Source: an uncultured Clostridia bacterium
Lineage (GTDB): Bacteria > Bacillota > Clostridia > TANB77 > CAG-508
Direction: 5' to 3'
Assembly (NCBI GenBank): GCA_934177485.1
Contig: CAKPPF010000001.1
Coordinates: forward strand, 256,618 to 320,617
DNA: 64,000 nucleotides
Shown here: one piece after another, positions 48,447 to 59,603 of the stretch
How the letters are laid out: every line of letters starts with the position of its first letter
How positions within the stretch are numbered: position 1 is the first letter of the stretch
The notes under the pieces: model-generated
What the model saw: the letters and a program-made list of their open reading frames with translations, nothing else
Databases searched by the model: none
Told to the model about the DNA's origin: nothing
Translations under genes and position numbers: made by a program

Positions 48447-49288
48447 ATGGAGAAAATAAAAGTACGGAGATGTAGTTGCAAGAAAGTCTCACGGATTTGA
48501 TATATTATTTACAGTAGAAAAGATATTTAAGAATAAAAATGGATTAGAAATGTGTATTCTAAGAGGTATAACGGTTAGAATTATGGCAGATGCATATTTA
48601 GAAGATATTGTTAAAATTGAAGCAGAAGAGGCAGATAATTGTTTAAGAAGTTTAGATACACAAATTGAAAATAGAGTAAACAGATTTTTACAAAAATATA
48701 ATAAAATAATTAAACATAATGAACGAAATGCAGAAAATGAAAAGTCAGGACTTATTTTACATCTTGATGGAGATAAATTATATTCAGAAAAAACAAGTAG
48801 ATACTATAAAAAAATGGGTATAAATGCTGTTGTAAAAAATGTTCCTGAAAATAAGCAGCCATTGCTAGTAAAAAAGTATCTTCAAAAGTATAGTCCAGAT
48901 GTATTAATATTAACACGGACATGATGCGATGATTAAAACTGGAATAAGGTATGGAGATTTATCAAATTATAGAAATTCAAAGTATTTTATAAGAGGTGTG
49001 CTGGAAGCTAGGAAAATTAATCCATCTAGTAATAAGCTTGCAATTTATGCAGGTGCATGTCAAAGCTTTTTTGAAGCAATTATGGCATCAGGAGCGAATT
49101 TTGCATCGTCACCTGGAAGAATTCTAATAGATTTTATGGATCCGCTTATTGTTGCGGAGAAAATAGCTACTACAGATAGAACAAAATTTGTTACAATAAA
49201 TGACATTGCATCTGAGCTAAGAGATGGAAAAAAAGGCATAGATGGAAGCGGAGTAATGGGAAAAAATAAGACAGTAATAAAAATGTAA
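48447..49288 (+). pseudogene. yabG: Sporulation-specific protease YabG gene interrupted by two +1 frameshifts
   Basis: Three consecutive frames give MEKIKV / GDVVARKSHGFDILF...LHLDGD...DVLILT / GHDAMIKTG...YRNSKYF...YAGACQSFFEA...ANFASSPGR. An extra C lies at 48465 and another at 48916. Confidence 0.8.
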
Positions 49289-49441
49289 CAAACTTGTAAT
49301 ATAAATGTAAAAAATAACAAAAAAAGACTGAAAACAGTATTTAAATGTATAGTTATAGACGTTATTGCAAAATAATGTTATTTTGACTTTTTATGTTGAG
49401 AATGATATAATGTGCTCATCTTGAAAAAGTAGGTGGTCGAA

Positions 49442-49735
49442 ATGATATTACCAAATGATATCACAAATTTAAAAACTGATATTACAGACAAAATTGGACA
49501 AAAGATAATAGTCAAGGGAGCACTTGGGAGAAGTAAATTTTTTGAGAAAGAAGCTACAATAGAGAAAACATACCCTAATTTATTTATAGTTAAATATGAT
49601 GACGAAGAAAGAAACGTTACATATAGCTATAAAGATGTTTTAACTAGAACTGTTGAAGTTGAAGTTTATGATGGAGAAGGATATAGTCCTTTAATTCCAC
49701 CTATTGTAGAAACTAAAAAAGTAAAAAATTTTTAA
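49442..49735 (+). CDS. veg: Veg protein (DUF1021, biofilm/sporulation-associated)
   Basis: 'GRSKFFEKEATIEKTYPNLFIV...VTYSYKDVLTRTVEV' closely follows the Veg pattern, and yabG-veg synteny matches Bacillus. Confidence 0.85.
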   Translation: MILPNDITNLKTDITDKIGQKIIVKGALGRSKFFEKEATIEKTYPNLFIVKYDDEERNVTYSYKDVLTRTVEVEVYDGEGYSPLIPPIVETKKVKNF

Positions 49736-49841
49736 GTAGAAATTATAAAAAATTCCTAGAATATAGGAATTTTTTTTTGTTCCTATAATATATTTTACTA
49801 TATAATTTATAAATTATATATACATAGCAAGGAGGTTTAAT

Positions 49842-51395
49842 ATGGAAGTAGAAGCAACAAGACAAACCATAACTGTAAATAAATTAGTAAGCACTAAAAA
49901 AGAAACAATAATAATTGAAGGAGATACGATAGTACCAGATGTAAAGCCAGATATACTTAATACAATAGATACAGCTGGAAACGTTTGTATATACAAAAAA
50001 GAAACGTTAGATGGAAAAGTTAGATTTGACGGTTGTATAAATTTAAATATTGTTTATTTAGCTGACAGTGATAGTGATTCAGTAAGAGGTTTAACAACTA
50101 CTTTAGATTTTACACAAATGATAGATGTAGATAATTGTATGAATGGAATGAGCTTGAAGAGTAATATATCAATAAAAAATATTGATTGTAAAGTATTAAA
50201 TGGAAGAAAGGTTAATACTAAGGTTACATTAGAAGTTGAAGTAAGTGTATTCTCAAATGAAAATGTGGAAATTTTAAAACAAATTAATAATATAAAAGAA
50301 ATACAAACATTAAACTCTAATATGCAAATAAATAATTTAGTTGGGCAAGCAAGTTGCAGAGCTAGTGCGAAAGATAATATTTCAATTGATGAAGAAAGCA
50401 GTTTGGCTGAGATTTTAAAAACTGAGATAAAATTATTAAATTGTGAAATGAAAACAAGCTACAATAAGGTATTGCTGAAAGCAGATGTAAATGTTAAGAT
50501 TATGTATTTAACAGAAAACGGAGAAATAAAGCTTATTGCAGCTAATATTCCTGTTATGGGATTTGCAGATATAAATGATGTATCTGAAAATAATATATTA
50601 AATTGTAATTATGACATTAAAAATATGATAATTAAGCCAAATTCACCAGAGCAACATTCAATATATGTGGAAATAGAATTTGAAATTAATTGTGATGCTG
50701 TTGACACATTAGATATAACTTTAATTCAAGATATGTATTGCCCATGTATGAATCTAAAATATAATCAAAAAGAAGTAACAACAATGACTAATAAACAAAT
50801 AACTAATAATACACTTAATATTAGAGAAAAAATATCAGTTCCAGAAATATCAAATAATAAAATATATGATGTAGAAATAACGCCTACAATAAATAATGCA
50901 AATGTTTTAAATGGAAGAATTGTATATGAGGGAGAATTAAAGTTAAACTTTATATTTTCATCTAATGACAATAAAAGAATTGATACTAAAATGTACACAT
51001 TACCATTCACATTTAATTTAGATAATAATGATATAAATTCAAACAAAGTTGTAAATACTAAAGTTAACTGCATTAATGATGAATTTGTTATAGCATCTGA
51101 TGGAATGATAGAGTGTAAAGTTGACTTAATGTTTGAACTTGAAATGTATAATAATACTAATATTAATATAATGAATGAAATAGATATAGAAGAAAATAAT
51201 GTTAATTCTAGTCCTAGTATGATAGTACATATAGTAAAACAAGGAGACACATTATGGAATATAGCTAAACAACATAACACAACAGTTGAAGAGATTGTAA
51301 ATGTAAATAAAATTGAAGATCCAAATAATATTAGTATAGGACAGAAATTGTTTATACCGCGTTTTAATAGAACAAAAATAGGAAATATTGCATAA
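49842..51395 (+). CDS. Spore-coat morphogenesis-type protein with a C-terminal LysM (SipL/SpoVID-like, DUF3794-type repeats)
   Basis: Repeated beta-rich N-terminal modules and C-terminal LysM 'HIVKQGDTLWNIAKQHNTTVEEIVNVN'. Its 517-aa length and architecture resemble C. difficile SipL. Confidence 0.55.
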   Translation: MEVEATRQTITVNKLVSTKKETIIIEGDTIVPDVKPDILNTIDTAGNVCIYKKETLDGKVRFDGCINLNIVYLADSDSDSVRGLTTTLDFTQMIDVDNCMNGMSLKSNISIKNIDCKVLNGRKVNTKVTLEVEVSVFSNENVEILKQINNIKEIQTLNSNMQINNLVGQASCRASAKDNISIDEESSLAEILKTEIKLLNCEMKTSYNKVLLKADVNVKIMYLTENGEIKLIAANIPVMGFADINDVSENNILNCNYDIKNMIIKPNSPEQHSIYVEIEFEINCDAVDTLDITLIQDMYCPCMNLKYNQKEVTTMTNKQITNNTLNIREKISVPEISNNKIYDVEITPTINNANVLNGRIVYEGELKLNFIFSSNDNKRIDTKMYTLPFTFNLDNNDINSNKVVNTKVNCINDEFVIASDGMIECKVDLMFELEMYNNTNINIMNEIDIEENNVNSSPSMIVHIVKQGDTLWNIAKQHNTTVEEIVNVNKIEDPNNISIGQKLFIPRFNRTKIGNIA

Positions 51396-51423
51396 AATGT
51401 AAAGAGCAAACAATTAAGTTTGC

Positions 51424-51556
51424 TCTTTAATATAGTAAGAAATTTCTCATTTTTACTATATTAAAATTAGCCAAACGCATGTCCTTTGAGTTCTTTAACT
51501 GTAAAGAGAAAATCTTAGAAACAATAGCGATTATAGCATTTTTTTGAATAGAAAAT
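51424..51556. repeat. Composite or partial repeat (module C, partial D', inverted D head, partial E)
   Basis: atatagtaagaaatttctcatttttactatatt, then ttagccaaacgcatgtcctttgag, then aacaatagcgattatagcatt (reverse of the module D head). Confidence 0.6.
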
Positions 51557-51573
51557 TATGCAAGAGGTGGTAT

Positions 51574-52290
51574 ATGTCACTAATATATTCAAGACCAAGA
51601 ATAAAATTTCCTAAATTTTTAATGTTTAATTATAAAAGGAAAGACAATAATGTTAATATAAAAAAGAAACGATTTATATTTTGTTTACTAATTATATTTA
51701 TAATTTTTTATATAGTATTAAGAGCTGTAACACCAATATTTAATGAATTATGTGTTGATAAAGCTATAAGTATAGCAACACTAATTACAAATAATGAAAC
51801 AACAAAAGCAGTAGAAGGATATGAGTACTCAGACTTTATAAAAATACATAAAGATGATAACAATAACATTATTATGTTAGAATCAAACATGATAAATATA
51901 AACAATGTAATGTCCGATGTGGCAAGTAGAATACAAGTTAGTATAGATAATATTAAAGATGAAGATATAACAATAAGTTTAGGTAGTTTTACAGGAATAA
52001 GTATATTAGCAGGAAGAGGGTATCCTGTACCAATAAGAATATCTACAATTGGCAATGTTAAGACTGATGTTAAGAGTGAGTTTATAGAAAAGGGAATAAA
52101 TCAAACTTTACATAGACTTTATTTAGAGATTGAATGTGAAGCAAGTATATTAACTCCTTTTAATACAATAAAAGAGAAAATTAATAATCAGTTTATTATA
52201 GCTGAAAATGTTATAATTGGAAATATTCCAAATTCATATTATAATTTAAACGGAATAAAACAAAGCGATGCATTAGAAGTTATAGAATAA
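51574..52290 (+). CDS. yunB: Sporulation protein YunB
   Basis: N-terminal TM segment and 'ITISLGSFTGISILAGRGYPVPIRISTIGNVKTDV...INQTLHRLYLEIE', typical of YunB. The start is at the ATG after AAGAGGTGG. Confidence 0.75.
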   Translation: MSLIYSRPRIKFPKFLMFNYKRKDNNVNIKKKRFIFCLLIIFIIFYIVLRAVTPIFNELCVDKAISIATLITNNETTKAVEGYEYSDFIKIHKDDNNNIIMLESNMININNVMSDVASRIQVSIDNIKDEDITISLGSFTGISILAGRGYPVPIRISTIGNVKTDVKSEFIEKGINQTLHRLYLEIECEASILTPFNTIKEKINNQFIIAENVIIGNIPNSYYNLNGIKQSDALEVIE

Positions 52291-52456
52291 ATTATGTATG
52301 TGCAGAAATAACTGTATACTATTAACAAATAAAAATTGCTAAAAAAACAAAAAAATTTCAAGAGAACTATTGACTTTTTGAAAAATATATATTAAACTTG
52401 GTTCATACAAGGTAGGAAAATTGGGGAGCTAAAATTTTAAGAAAGGAGGTTCCCAT

Positions 52457-52867
52457 ATGGACAATTTAGAACAAAAAGTTGATAAAATTCTTGAAAAGCA
52501 AAACATAATGCAAAAAAACATGCTTGGTATTCAAAACAGTGAAATTAATATAATATCAACTCAAAAAGATATGTTAAAGACACAATTTGAAATGCAAAAC
52601 AATATTAATAAGATGCAAAATAATATATGTGAAATGCAAAACAATATTAATAAAATGCAACATAGTATAAAAAAATTAGACACTAAAATAGATGCTCAGT
52701 ATAAAGAATTGAATAGCAAAATTGATACTCAATACAGCAAAATTGATAAAAAGCTGGAGGCTAACATATATGATATTTCGGAAATGTTTAGAGACTTATA
52801 TAAGCATATTGATAAAGATACATATAAAGAAAATGACAGAAACCTAAAACTTTTAAAGAAAAAATAA
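52457..52867 (+). CDS. Hypothetical coiled-coil protein with MQNNINK repeats
   Basis: 136-aa ORF with an AAGGAGG RBS and the degenerate heptad-like repeats 'EMQNNINKMQNNICEMQNNINKMQH'. Confidence 0.5.
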   Translation: MDNLEQKVDKILEKQNIMQKNMLGIQNSEINIISTQKDMLKTQFEMQNNINKMQNNICEMQNNINKMQHSIKKLDTKIDAQYKELNSKIDTQYSKIDKKLEANIYDISEMFRDLYKHIDKDTYKENDRNLKLLKKK

Positions 52868-52916
52868 TATTGGAAGTACTTCAGGGTATAAGCTATACCT
52901 AATAATATATAACCTT

Positions 52917-52951
52917 AAAATACTTATTAAGCGCTTAATAAGTATTTTTTT
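52917..52951 (+). terminator. Rho-independent terminator
   Basis: aaaatacttattaagc/gcttaataagtatttt palindrome followed by a T-run. Confidence 0.65.
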
Positions 52952-52974
52952 ATTATATAGGAAAGTAATACTTC

Positions 52975-53004
52975 CCTGTTGTAGGGCAGGTCTTGTGCCT
53001 GCCC
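52975..53004. repeat. Repeat module A
   Basis: cctgttgtagGGCAGGtcttgtgCCTGCCc. Confidence 0.8.
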
Positions 53005-53118
53005 AATATTACAAAACATTACCTAATAACAAGCTACTTTTATTCTTTTGTTACATTTATTGACATATAATTACAATATGGTATAATTGTAGAGAAAATA
53101 ACATATAATGGTGAAAAA

Positions 53119-54075
53119 ATGAACGAAGAAACAAAAGAAAAAACGAAATCAGGAACAGGAATAAAAGTATTTGCAGTAATTCTTATAATTGTAATTTTAA
53201 TACTAGTAACAATTTATGCATTAAATATTCAAAGAAATAATACATCTATAAAGATTGTTGGAGAAGATGAAGTGACTATAGAAGTAGGAAATGAATATAT
53301 TGATGCAGGTTTTATAGCACAATCAAATGGAAGAAATGTTAACAATAAAGTTAAGATTTCAACTAATTTGAATAAAAATAAATTGGGTAAGTATAAAATT
53401 TATTATAATTTAAAAATACTTGGACTACTTGTTGATCAGACTGCTTATAGAACTGTAATAGTACAAGATACAACAAAACCAGAGTTAAAAATAGATAGTG
53501 AGAAAGAAATAACTATTGAAGAGGGAGAAAATTTTGAGTATCCAACATATACTGCAGTAGATAATTATGATGGAGATATTAGTAAAAAAGTAGAAGTAGA
53601 TTCAAATATAAATACAGAAGAAAATGGAACGTATGAAATAAATTATTCTGTAAAAGATTCAAGTGGAAATGAAACAACAGACGAAATAATAGTAAATGTA
53701 AAGAAAAAAAAGAATCCATATATAATTGTTTCTATTTCAAAACAAACATTGGAATATTATGAATATGATAAACTTGTTTTATTTTCGAATATAGTAACAG
53801 GAATAAATAATAAAACACCTGTGGGCAACTTTAAAGTATTAAATAAAGCAACAAAGATTATTTTAAAAGGAGAAGATTACGAAAGTTTTGTTAACTTTTG
53901 GATAGCGTTTAAGGGACACTCTTTTGGCTTCCATGATGCGTCATGGAGAAGTAAGTTTGGAGGAACAATATATAAAACAAATGGAAGCCATGGTTGTGTT
54001 AATATGCCATATAGTAAAGTAAAACAGCTATATAATATGGTAGCAATTGGTACACCGGTATATATAAAAAAATAA
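53119..54075 (+). CDS. L,D-transpeptidase (YkuD domain) with an N-terminal anchor and Ig-like domains
   Basis: Catalytic 'GSHGCVNM', preceded by 'FHDASWR'. It has one TM segment and 'DNYDGDIS' Ig-like repeats. Confidence 0.85.
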   Translation: MNEETKEKTKSGTGIKVFAVILIIVILILVTIYALNIQRNNTSIKIVGEDEVTIEVGNEYIDAGFIAQSNGRNVNNKVKISTNLNKNKLGKYKIYYNLKILGLLVDQTAYRTVIVQDTTKPELKIDSEKEITIEEGENFEYPTYTAVDNYDGDISKKVEVDSNINTEENGTYEINYSVKDSSGNETTDEIIVNVKKKKNPYIIVSISKQTLEYYEYDKLVLFSNIVTGINNKTPVGNFKVLNKATKIILKGEDYESFVNFWIAFKGHSFGFHDASWRSKFGGTIYKTNGSHGCVNMPYSKVKQLYNMVAIGTPVYIKK

Positions 54076-54089
54076 AATATATTTAAATA

Positions 54090-54120
54090 AAAAGGTAAGA
54101 AAAAATTCTTACCTTTTAAC
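54090..54120 (+). terminator. Rho-independent terminator
   Basis: aaaaggtaagaa-aaaa-ttcttacctttt. Confidence 0.6.
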
Positions 54121-54125
54121 ATTTT

Positions 54126-54203
54126 TTAGCAAAATGACTTGACAAGTGCTAAAAATATTGTATAATAATATATGTGTTAGCAAATAATACAAAAGAGTGC
54201 TAA
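54126..54203 (+). promoter_or_regulatory. hrcA operon promoter with two CIRCE-like operators
   Basis: TTGACA (54139-54144), 16 nt, TATAAT (54161-54166). CIRCE-like TTAGCAaaa-N9-aAGTGCTAA at 54126-54152 and TTAGCAaat-N9-GAGTGCTAA at 54177-54203. Confidence 0.7.
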
Positions 54204-54232
54204 CTAAATCAACATTAAGAGAGGAATAAAAA

Positions 54233-55267
54233 ATGTTGAATGATAGGAAAAAAGAAATTTTACAAGCTATCATAGAAGAGTACATTCAAACTGCCGAGCC
54301 CGTAAGTTCAAACGCAATTGTACAAAAGTATAATTTAGATTATAGTAGTGCAACTGTTAGAAATGAAATGGCAGAATTAGAAAGATTAGGTTATTTAGAT
54401 AAACCTCATACTTCGGCAGGAAGAGTGCCATCAGCTAAAGGATATAGATTCTACGTTGATGAACTACTAAAAGATGATGATATTAGCTTAGAAGAAGTTA
54501 TATATATTCAATCTAAACTTCAAACTAAAGTTAATCAAATAGAGGATTTAACTAAAATCGCAACAAATACATTATCAGAAATAACTCATTATCCAGCAGT
54601 TAGTATTGGACCTAATAAGCATAATCAAATAATCGAAGACATAAAATTCGTGCTTCTTGGAACAAGAACAATGATGGCAATTATACTTACGGATTCAGGA
54701 ATAATAAAAGAATCTATTATAAAGTTTAATGAAGATGTAACAGAGGAACAAATATCTACATTGTCATATATGTTCAATAATAAACTAAAGGGAAAATTAT
54801 TAGAAGAAATAGATGAACCAATAGAAAAATATATAGCAGCAGAAATGAATACAAGTATAAATGTTATTAAACCAATACTTGATGAAATGAAAAAAGCTGT
54901 AGATGAACAAGGAACTCTATATTATGAAGGAGCAAATAAAGCTTTCGAGTTACCTGAATTTAAGAGTATGGAATTAGCAAAGAACTTTGTAAATATGCTT
55001 GATGCTAAAGATATGGTAATAGATACATTAAATTCTGGAATAGCAGATGATATTAATGTGTATATTGGCGATGAGAATGAAAATGAAGAATTAAAGGATT
55101 TCAGTATTATAACATTTAATCATAGAGTACATGGAAAATCGTTAGGGACAATTGGAATAATAGGACCTAAAAGAATGGATTATTCAAAAGTTATATCTGT
55201 CTTGAAATATATAAATAGAAAAATGAATCAAGGTGGATTACTTGGTGAAGGAAAAAAGGAGGAATGA
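54233..55267 (+). CDS. hrcA: Heat-inducible transcription repressor HrcA
   Basis: 'RKKEILQAIIEEYIQTAEPVSS', its position upstream of grpE-dnaK-dnaJ, and the CIRCE sites upstream. Confidence 0.95.
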   Translation: MLNDRKKEILQAIIEEYIQTAEPVSSNAIVQKYNLDYSSATVRNEMAELERLGYLDKPHTSAGRVPSAKGYRFYVDELLKDDDISLEEVIYIQSKLQTKVNQIEDLTKIATNTLSEITHYPAVSIGPNKHNQIIEDIKFVLLGTRTMMAIILTDSGIIKESIIKFNEDVTEEQISTLSYMFNNKLKGKLLEEIDEPIEKYIAAEMNTSINVIKPILDEMKKAVDEQGTLYYEGANKAFELPEFKSMELAKNFVNMLDAKDMVIDTLNSGIADDINVYIGDENENEELKDFSIITFNHRVHGKSLGTIGIIGPKRMDYSKVISVLKYINRKMNQGGLLGEGKKEE

Positions 55268-55785
55268 AGTTGAAAGAAGATAATGAAGAAGTAGAGAAAA
55301 AAAATGAAGCTATTGAAGAGACAAACAAAGAGTGCGAAACCTGTAAAGCAGATAACGAATTAAATAAAATACAAGCAGACTTAGATGAAACAACTGATAG
55401 ACTAAAAAGACTTATGGCAGAATTTGATAATTTCAAAAAAAGAAGTGCAAAAGAAAGAGAAGGTCTATACAATTCACTACTTGCGGACATAATTTCAAGT
55501 TTCTTACCAGTAGTAGATAATTTAGAAAAAGCAGTAAATAGTAAAACAGAAGATGAAGGATATAAACAAGGAGTTGAATTAGTTTTAAAACAATTTACAG
55601 ATGTTCTTTCATCATTAGGCGTAAAAGAAATAGAAACAACAACTTTTAATCCAGAATATCATGAAGCAGTAAGTATGGTACAAGACGAAAGTAAACAACC
55701 TCAAGAAATTGTAGAAGTCTTTAGAAAAGGATATCAAATTGGGGATAAGGTCATTAGGCATGCTATGGTTGTTGTAGCCAATTAA
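55264..55785 (+). CDS. grpE: Nucleotide exchange factor GrpE
   Basis: 'RLMAEFDNFKKR' and 'FNPEYHEAV'. ATGA overlap with hrcA. Confidence 0.9.
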   Translation: MKLKEDNEEVEKKNEAIEETNKECETCKADNELNKIQADLDETTDRLKRLMAEFDNFKKRSAKEREGLYNSLLADIISSFLPVVDNLEKAVNSKTEDEGYKQGVELVLKQFTDVLSSLGVKEIETTTFNPEYHEAVSMVQDESKQPQEIVEVFRKGYQIGDKVIRHAMVVVAN

Positions 55786-55888
55786 ATAAAAAGTATTGTA
55801 TTACTTGCTTTTGTTTTAATTTGCAATAACTAAAAAATATGTTATTAATTTTAAATTTTATAAATTTTACAAAAGAATAAAAAACTAA

Positions 55889-57775
<1,887 letters not shown>

Positions 57776-57782
57776 TTAAGTT

Positions 57783-57804
57783 GGGGCGGATCTTGTGTCC
57801 GCCC
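57783..57804. repeat. Repeat module A variant in the dnaK-dnaJ spacer
   Basis: GGGGCGGAtcttgtgTCCGCCC. Confidence 0.7.
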
Positions 57805-57825
57805 ACATACATATTGGAGGAAAAA

Positions 57826-58977
57826 ATGGCTGAAAAAAGAGATTATTATGAGGTTTTGGGTGTAGATAAAAATGTAACAGATGAAGAACTAAAAAAGGCA
57901 TATAGAAAACTTGCTAAAAAATATCATCCAGATGCTAACCCAGACAATAAAAAAGAAGCAGAAGCTAAATTTAAAGAAGTTAATGAAGCATATGAAACTC
58001 TTTCTGATCCACAAAAAAGGCAAATGTATGATAGATTTGGAGCAGATGGGCCACAAGGATTTGGCGGAAATGGAGGAGGCTTCTATTCAAGTGGATTTGA
58101 TGGATTTAGTGGTATGGGAGACTTTGGAGATTTAGGCGATATCTTTTCATCTTTTTTTGGCGGAGGATTTGGTAGTAGCTCAAGATCTTCAAGAGCAAAA
58201 ACAGGACCAGTAAAAGGAGCAAGCTTAAGATACGACATCGAAATAACTTATGAAGAAGCATTTTCAGGTGTAGAAAAAGAAATAAGTTTTAACAGACAAG
58301 AAACATGTGATACATGTCATGGAACAGGTGCTAAACCTGGAACAAGTAGTACAACATGTTCTATGTGTGGAGGTTCAGGACAAATAACTCAAATGCAAAC
58401 TACCATACTTGGACAAATGCAAACAACAAGAACCTGTCCTAATTGCCATGGAGAAGGAAAAATTATAAAAGAACCATGCGAAACATGTAAAGGAAAAGGA
58501 CAAATCAAAAAGCCAGTAAAATTAAGAGTTAAAATACCAGAAGGAATAGATGATAACCAAACAGTTGTAATTAGAGGACAAGGAGCTGCAGGACAAAGAG
58601 GTGGAGCTCAAGGAGATTTGTTTATAACTGTTCATTTAAAACGTCATAGTATCTTTACGAGAAAAGGAAGCAACGTTTACTGCGATGTACCAGTTACTAT
58701 CACTCAAGCAACACTAGGAGCTGAAATAGAAGTACCTATGGTGAACGGAAAAATAGAAAAATTTAAAATACCAGAGGGAACTCAAACAGATACCAAATTT
58801 AGAATAAGAGGAAAAGGATTTAAAAATGGTAATAGCTCTACATATGGAGATTTCATATTTAATGTAATTGTAAAAACACCAAAACGTTTAACAAAAGACC
58901 AAAGAGCTTTACTTGAAAAGTTAGCAATAACAATGAATGAACAACCACCAATAAAGAAAAAAGGAATTTTTGGATAA
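57826..58977 (+). CDS. dnaJ: Co-chaperone DnaJ (Hsp40)
   Basis: J-domain 'DYYEVLGV...KYHPD', a G/F-rich region and four CxxCxGxG zinc motifs. Confidence 0.97.
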   Translation: MAEKRDYYEVLGVDKNVTDEELKKAYRKLAKKYHPDANPDNKKEAEAKFKEVNEAYETLSDPQKRQMYDRFGADGPQGFGGNGGGFYSSGFDGFSGMGDFGDLGDIFSSFFGGGFGSSSRSSRAKTGPVKGASLRYDIEITYEEAFSGVEKEISFNRQETCDTCHGTGAKPGTSSTTCSMCGGSGQITQMQTTILGQMQTTRTCPNCHGEGKIIKEPCETCKGKGQIKKPVKLRVKIPEGIDDNQTVVIRGQGAAGQRGGAQGDLFITVHLKRHSIFTRKGSNVYCDVPVTITQATLGAEIEVPMVNGKIEKFKIPEGTQTDTKFRIRGKGFKNGNSSTYGDFIFNVIVKTPKRLTKDQRALLEKLAITMNEQPPIKKKGIFG

Positions 58978-59040
58978 CATTTATTGCTTTAAAATACAAT
59001 TTTGTAAGGAATATAAATTAAAAATGTATGGGCCAGAAAG

Positions 59041-59241
59041 GGTAGGCACAAGACCTATCACTACATGCCTGCCCAAAAGATAGATGAATTTATTATTATT
59101 CATCTATCTTTTTAATATAATAGGAAATTTCTTATTTCCTATTATATTAAAATGGCTAAACGCATGACCTTTGAGATTTTTTCCTTTTAGTCGAAAACTC
59201 AAACCGGGCAAGAACAAAGAGCGACATGAAGTCACTTGTTC
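59041..59241. repeat. Composite intergenic repeat (inverted module A, then B, C and D')
   Basis: ggtaggcacaagacctatcactacatgcctgccc, then agatagatgaat...attcatctatct, then ataataggaaatttcttatttcctattat, then module D'. Confidence 0.8.
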
Positions 59242-59520
59242 ATAAAAATAAAAAGTTAAATATTTAGTTTAAAAATTATTGACAACAATTATAATTGTAT
59301 GTAAAATAGTTATAGTTCAAAACAAAAGAAAAAAATAAATGCCCAAAATGCTTGATACAGTATACACACGACGATTTAATTAATAAAAATATAAATGCAC
59401 AATATATATGTGCACTTAATAATAATATGATTTTATATTTGGCAACAAAAACAAATTAAGATAGATAAATTATACATACAAATTTAACTATATTTTTTGC
59501 GTTAAAAAATAATTAATAGA

Positions 59521-59550
59521 GATGTATGGGACAGGTCTTGTGCCTACACA
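59521..59550. repeat. Repeat module A
   Basis: gatgtatggGACAGGtcttgtgCCTacaca. Confidence 0.7.
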
Positions 59551-59603
59551 GATAAATATGTTATTAATATTTAAATATAAATAAAAAAACTAAGGAGGAA
59601 AAA

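Noticed and set aside
50765-51409. 214-aa minus-strand ORF
   Set aside because: It is fully antisense to the LysM/SipL-like gene. Long antisense ORFs are expected in this AT-rich genome. The same applies to 27289-27888, 7069-7602, 59900-60397, 4418-4843, 2668-3063 and 35634-36068.
57911-58135. 74-aa ORF inside dnaJ in an alternative frame
   Set aside because: It overlaps the clearly conserved J-domain and G/F region of dnaJ, so it is a frame artefact.
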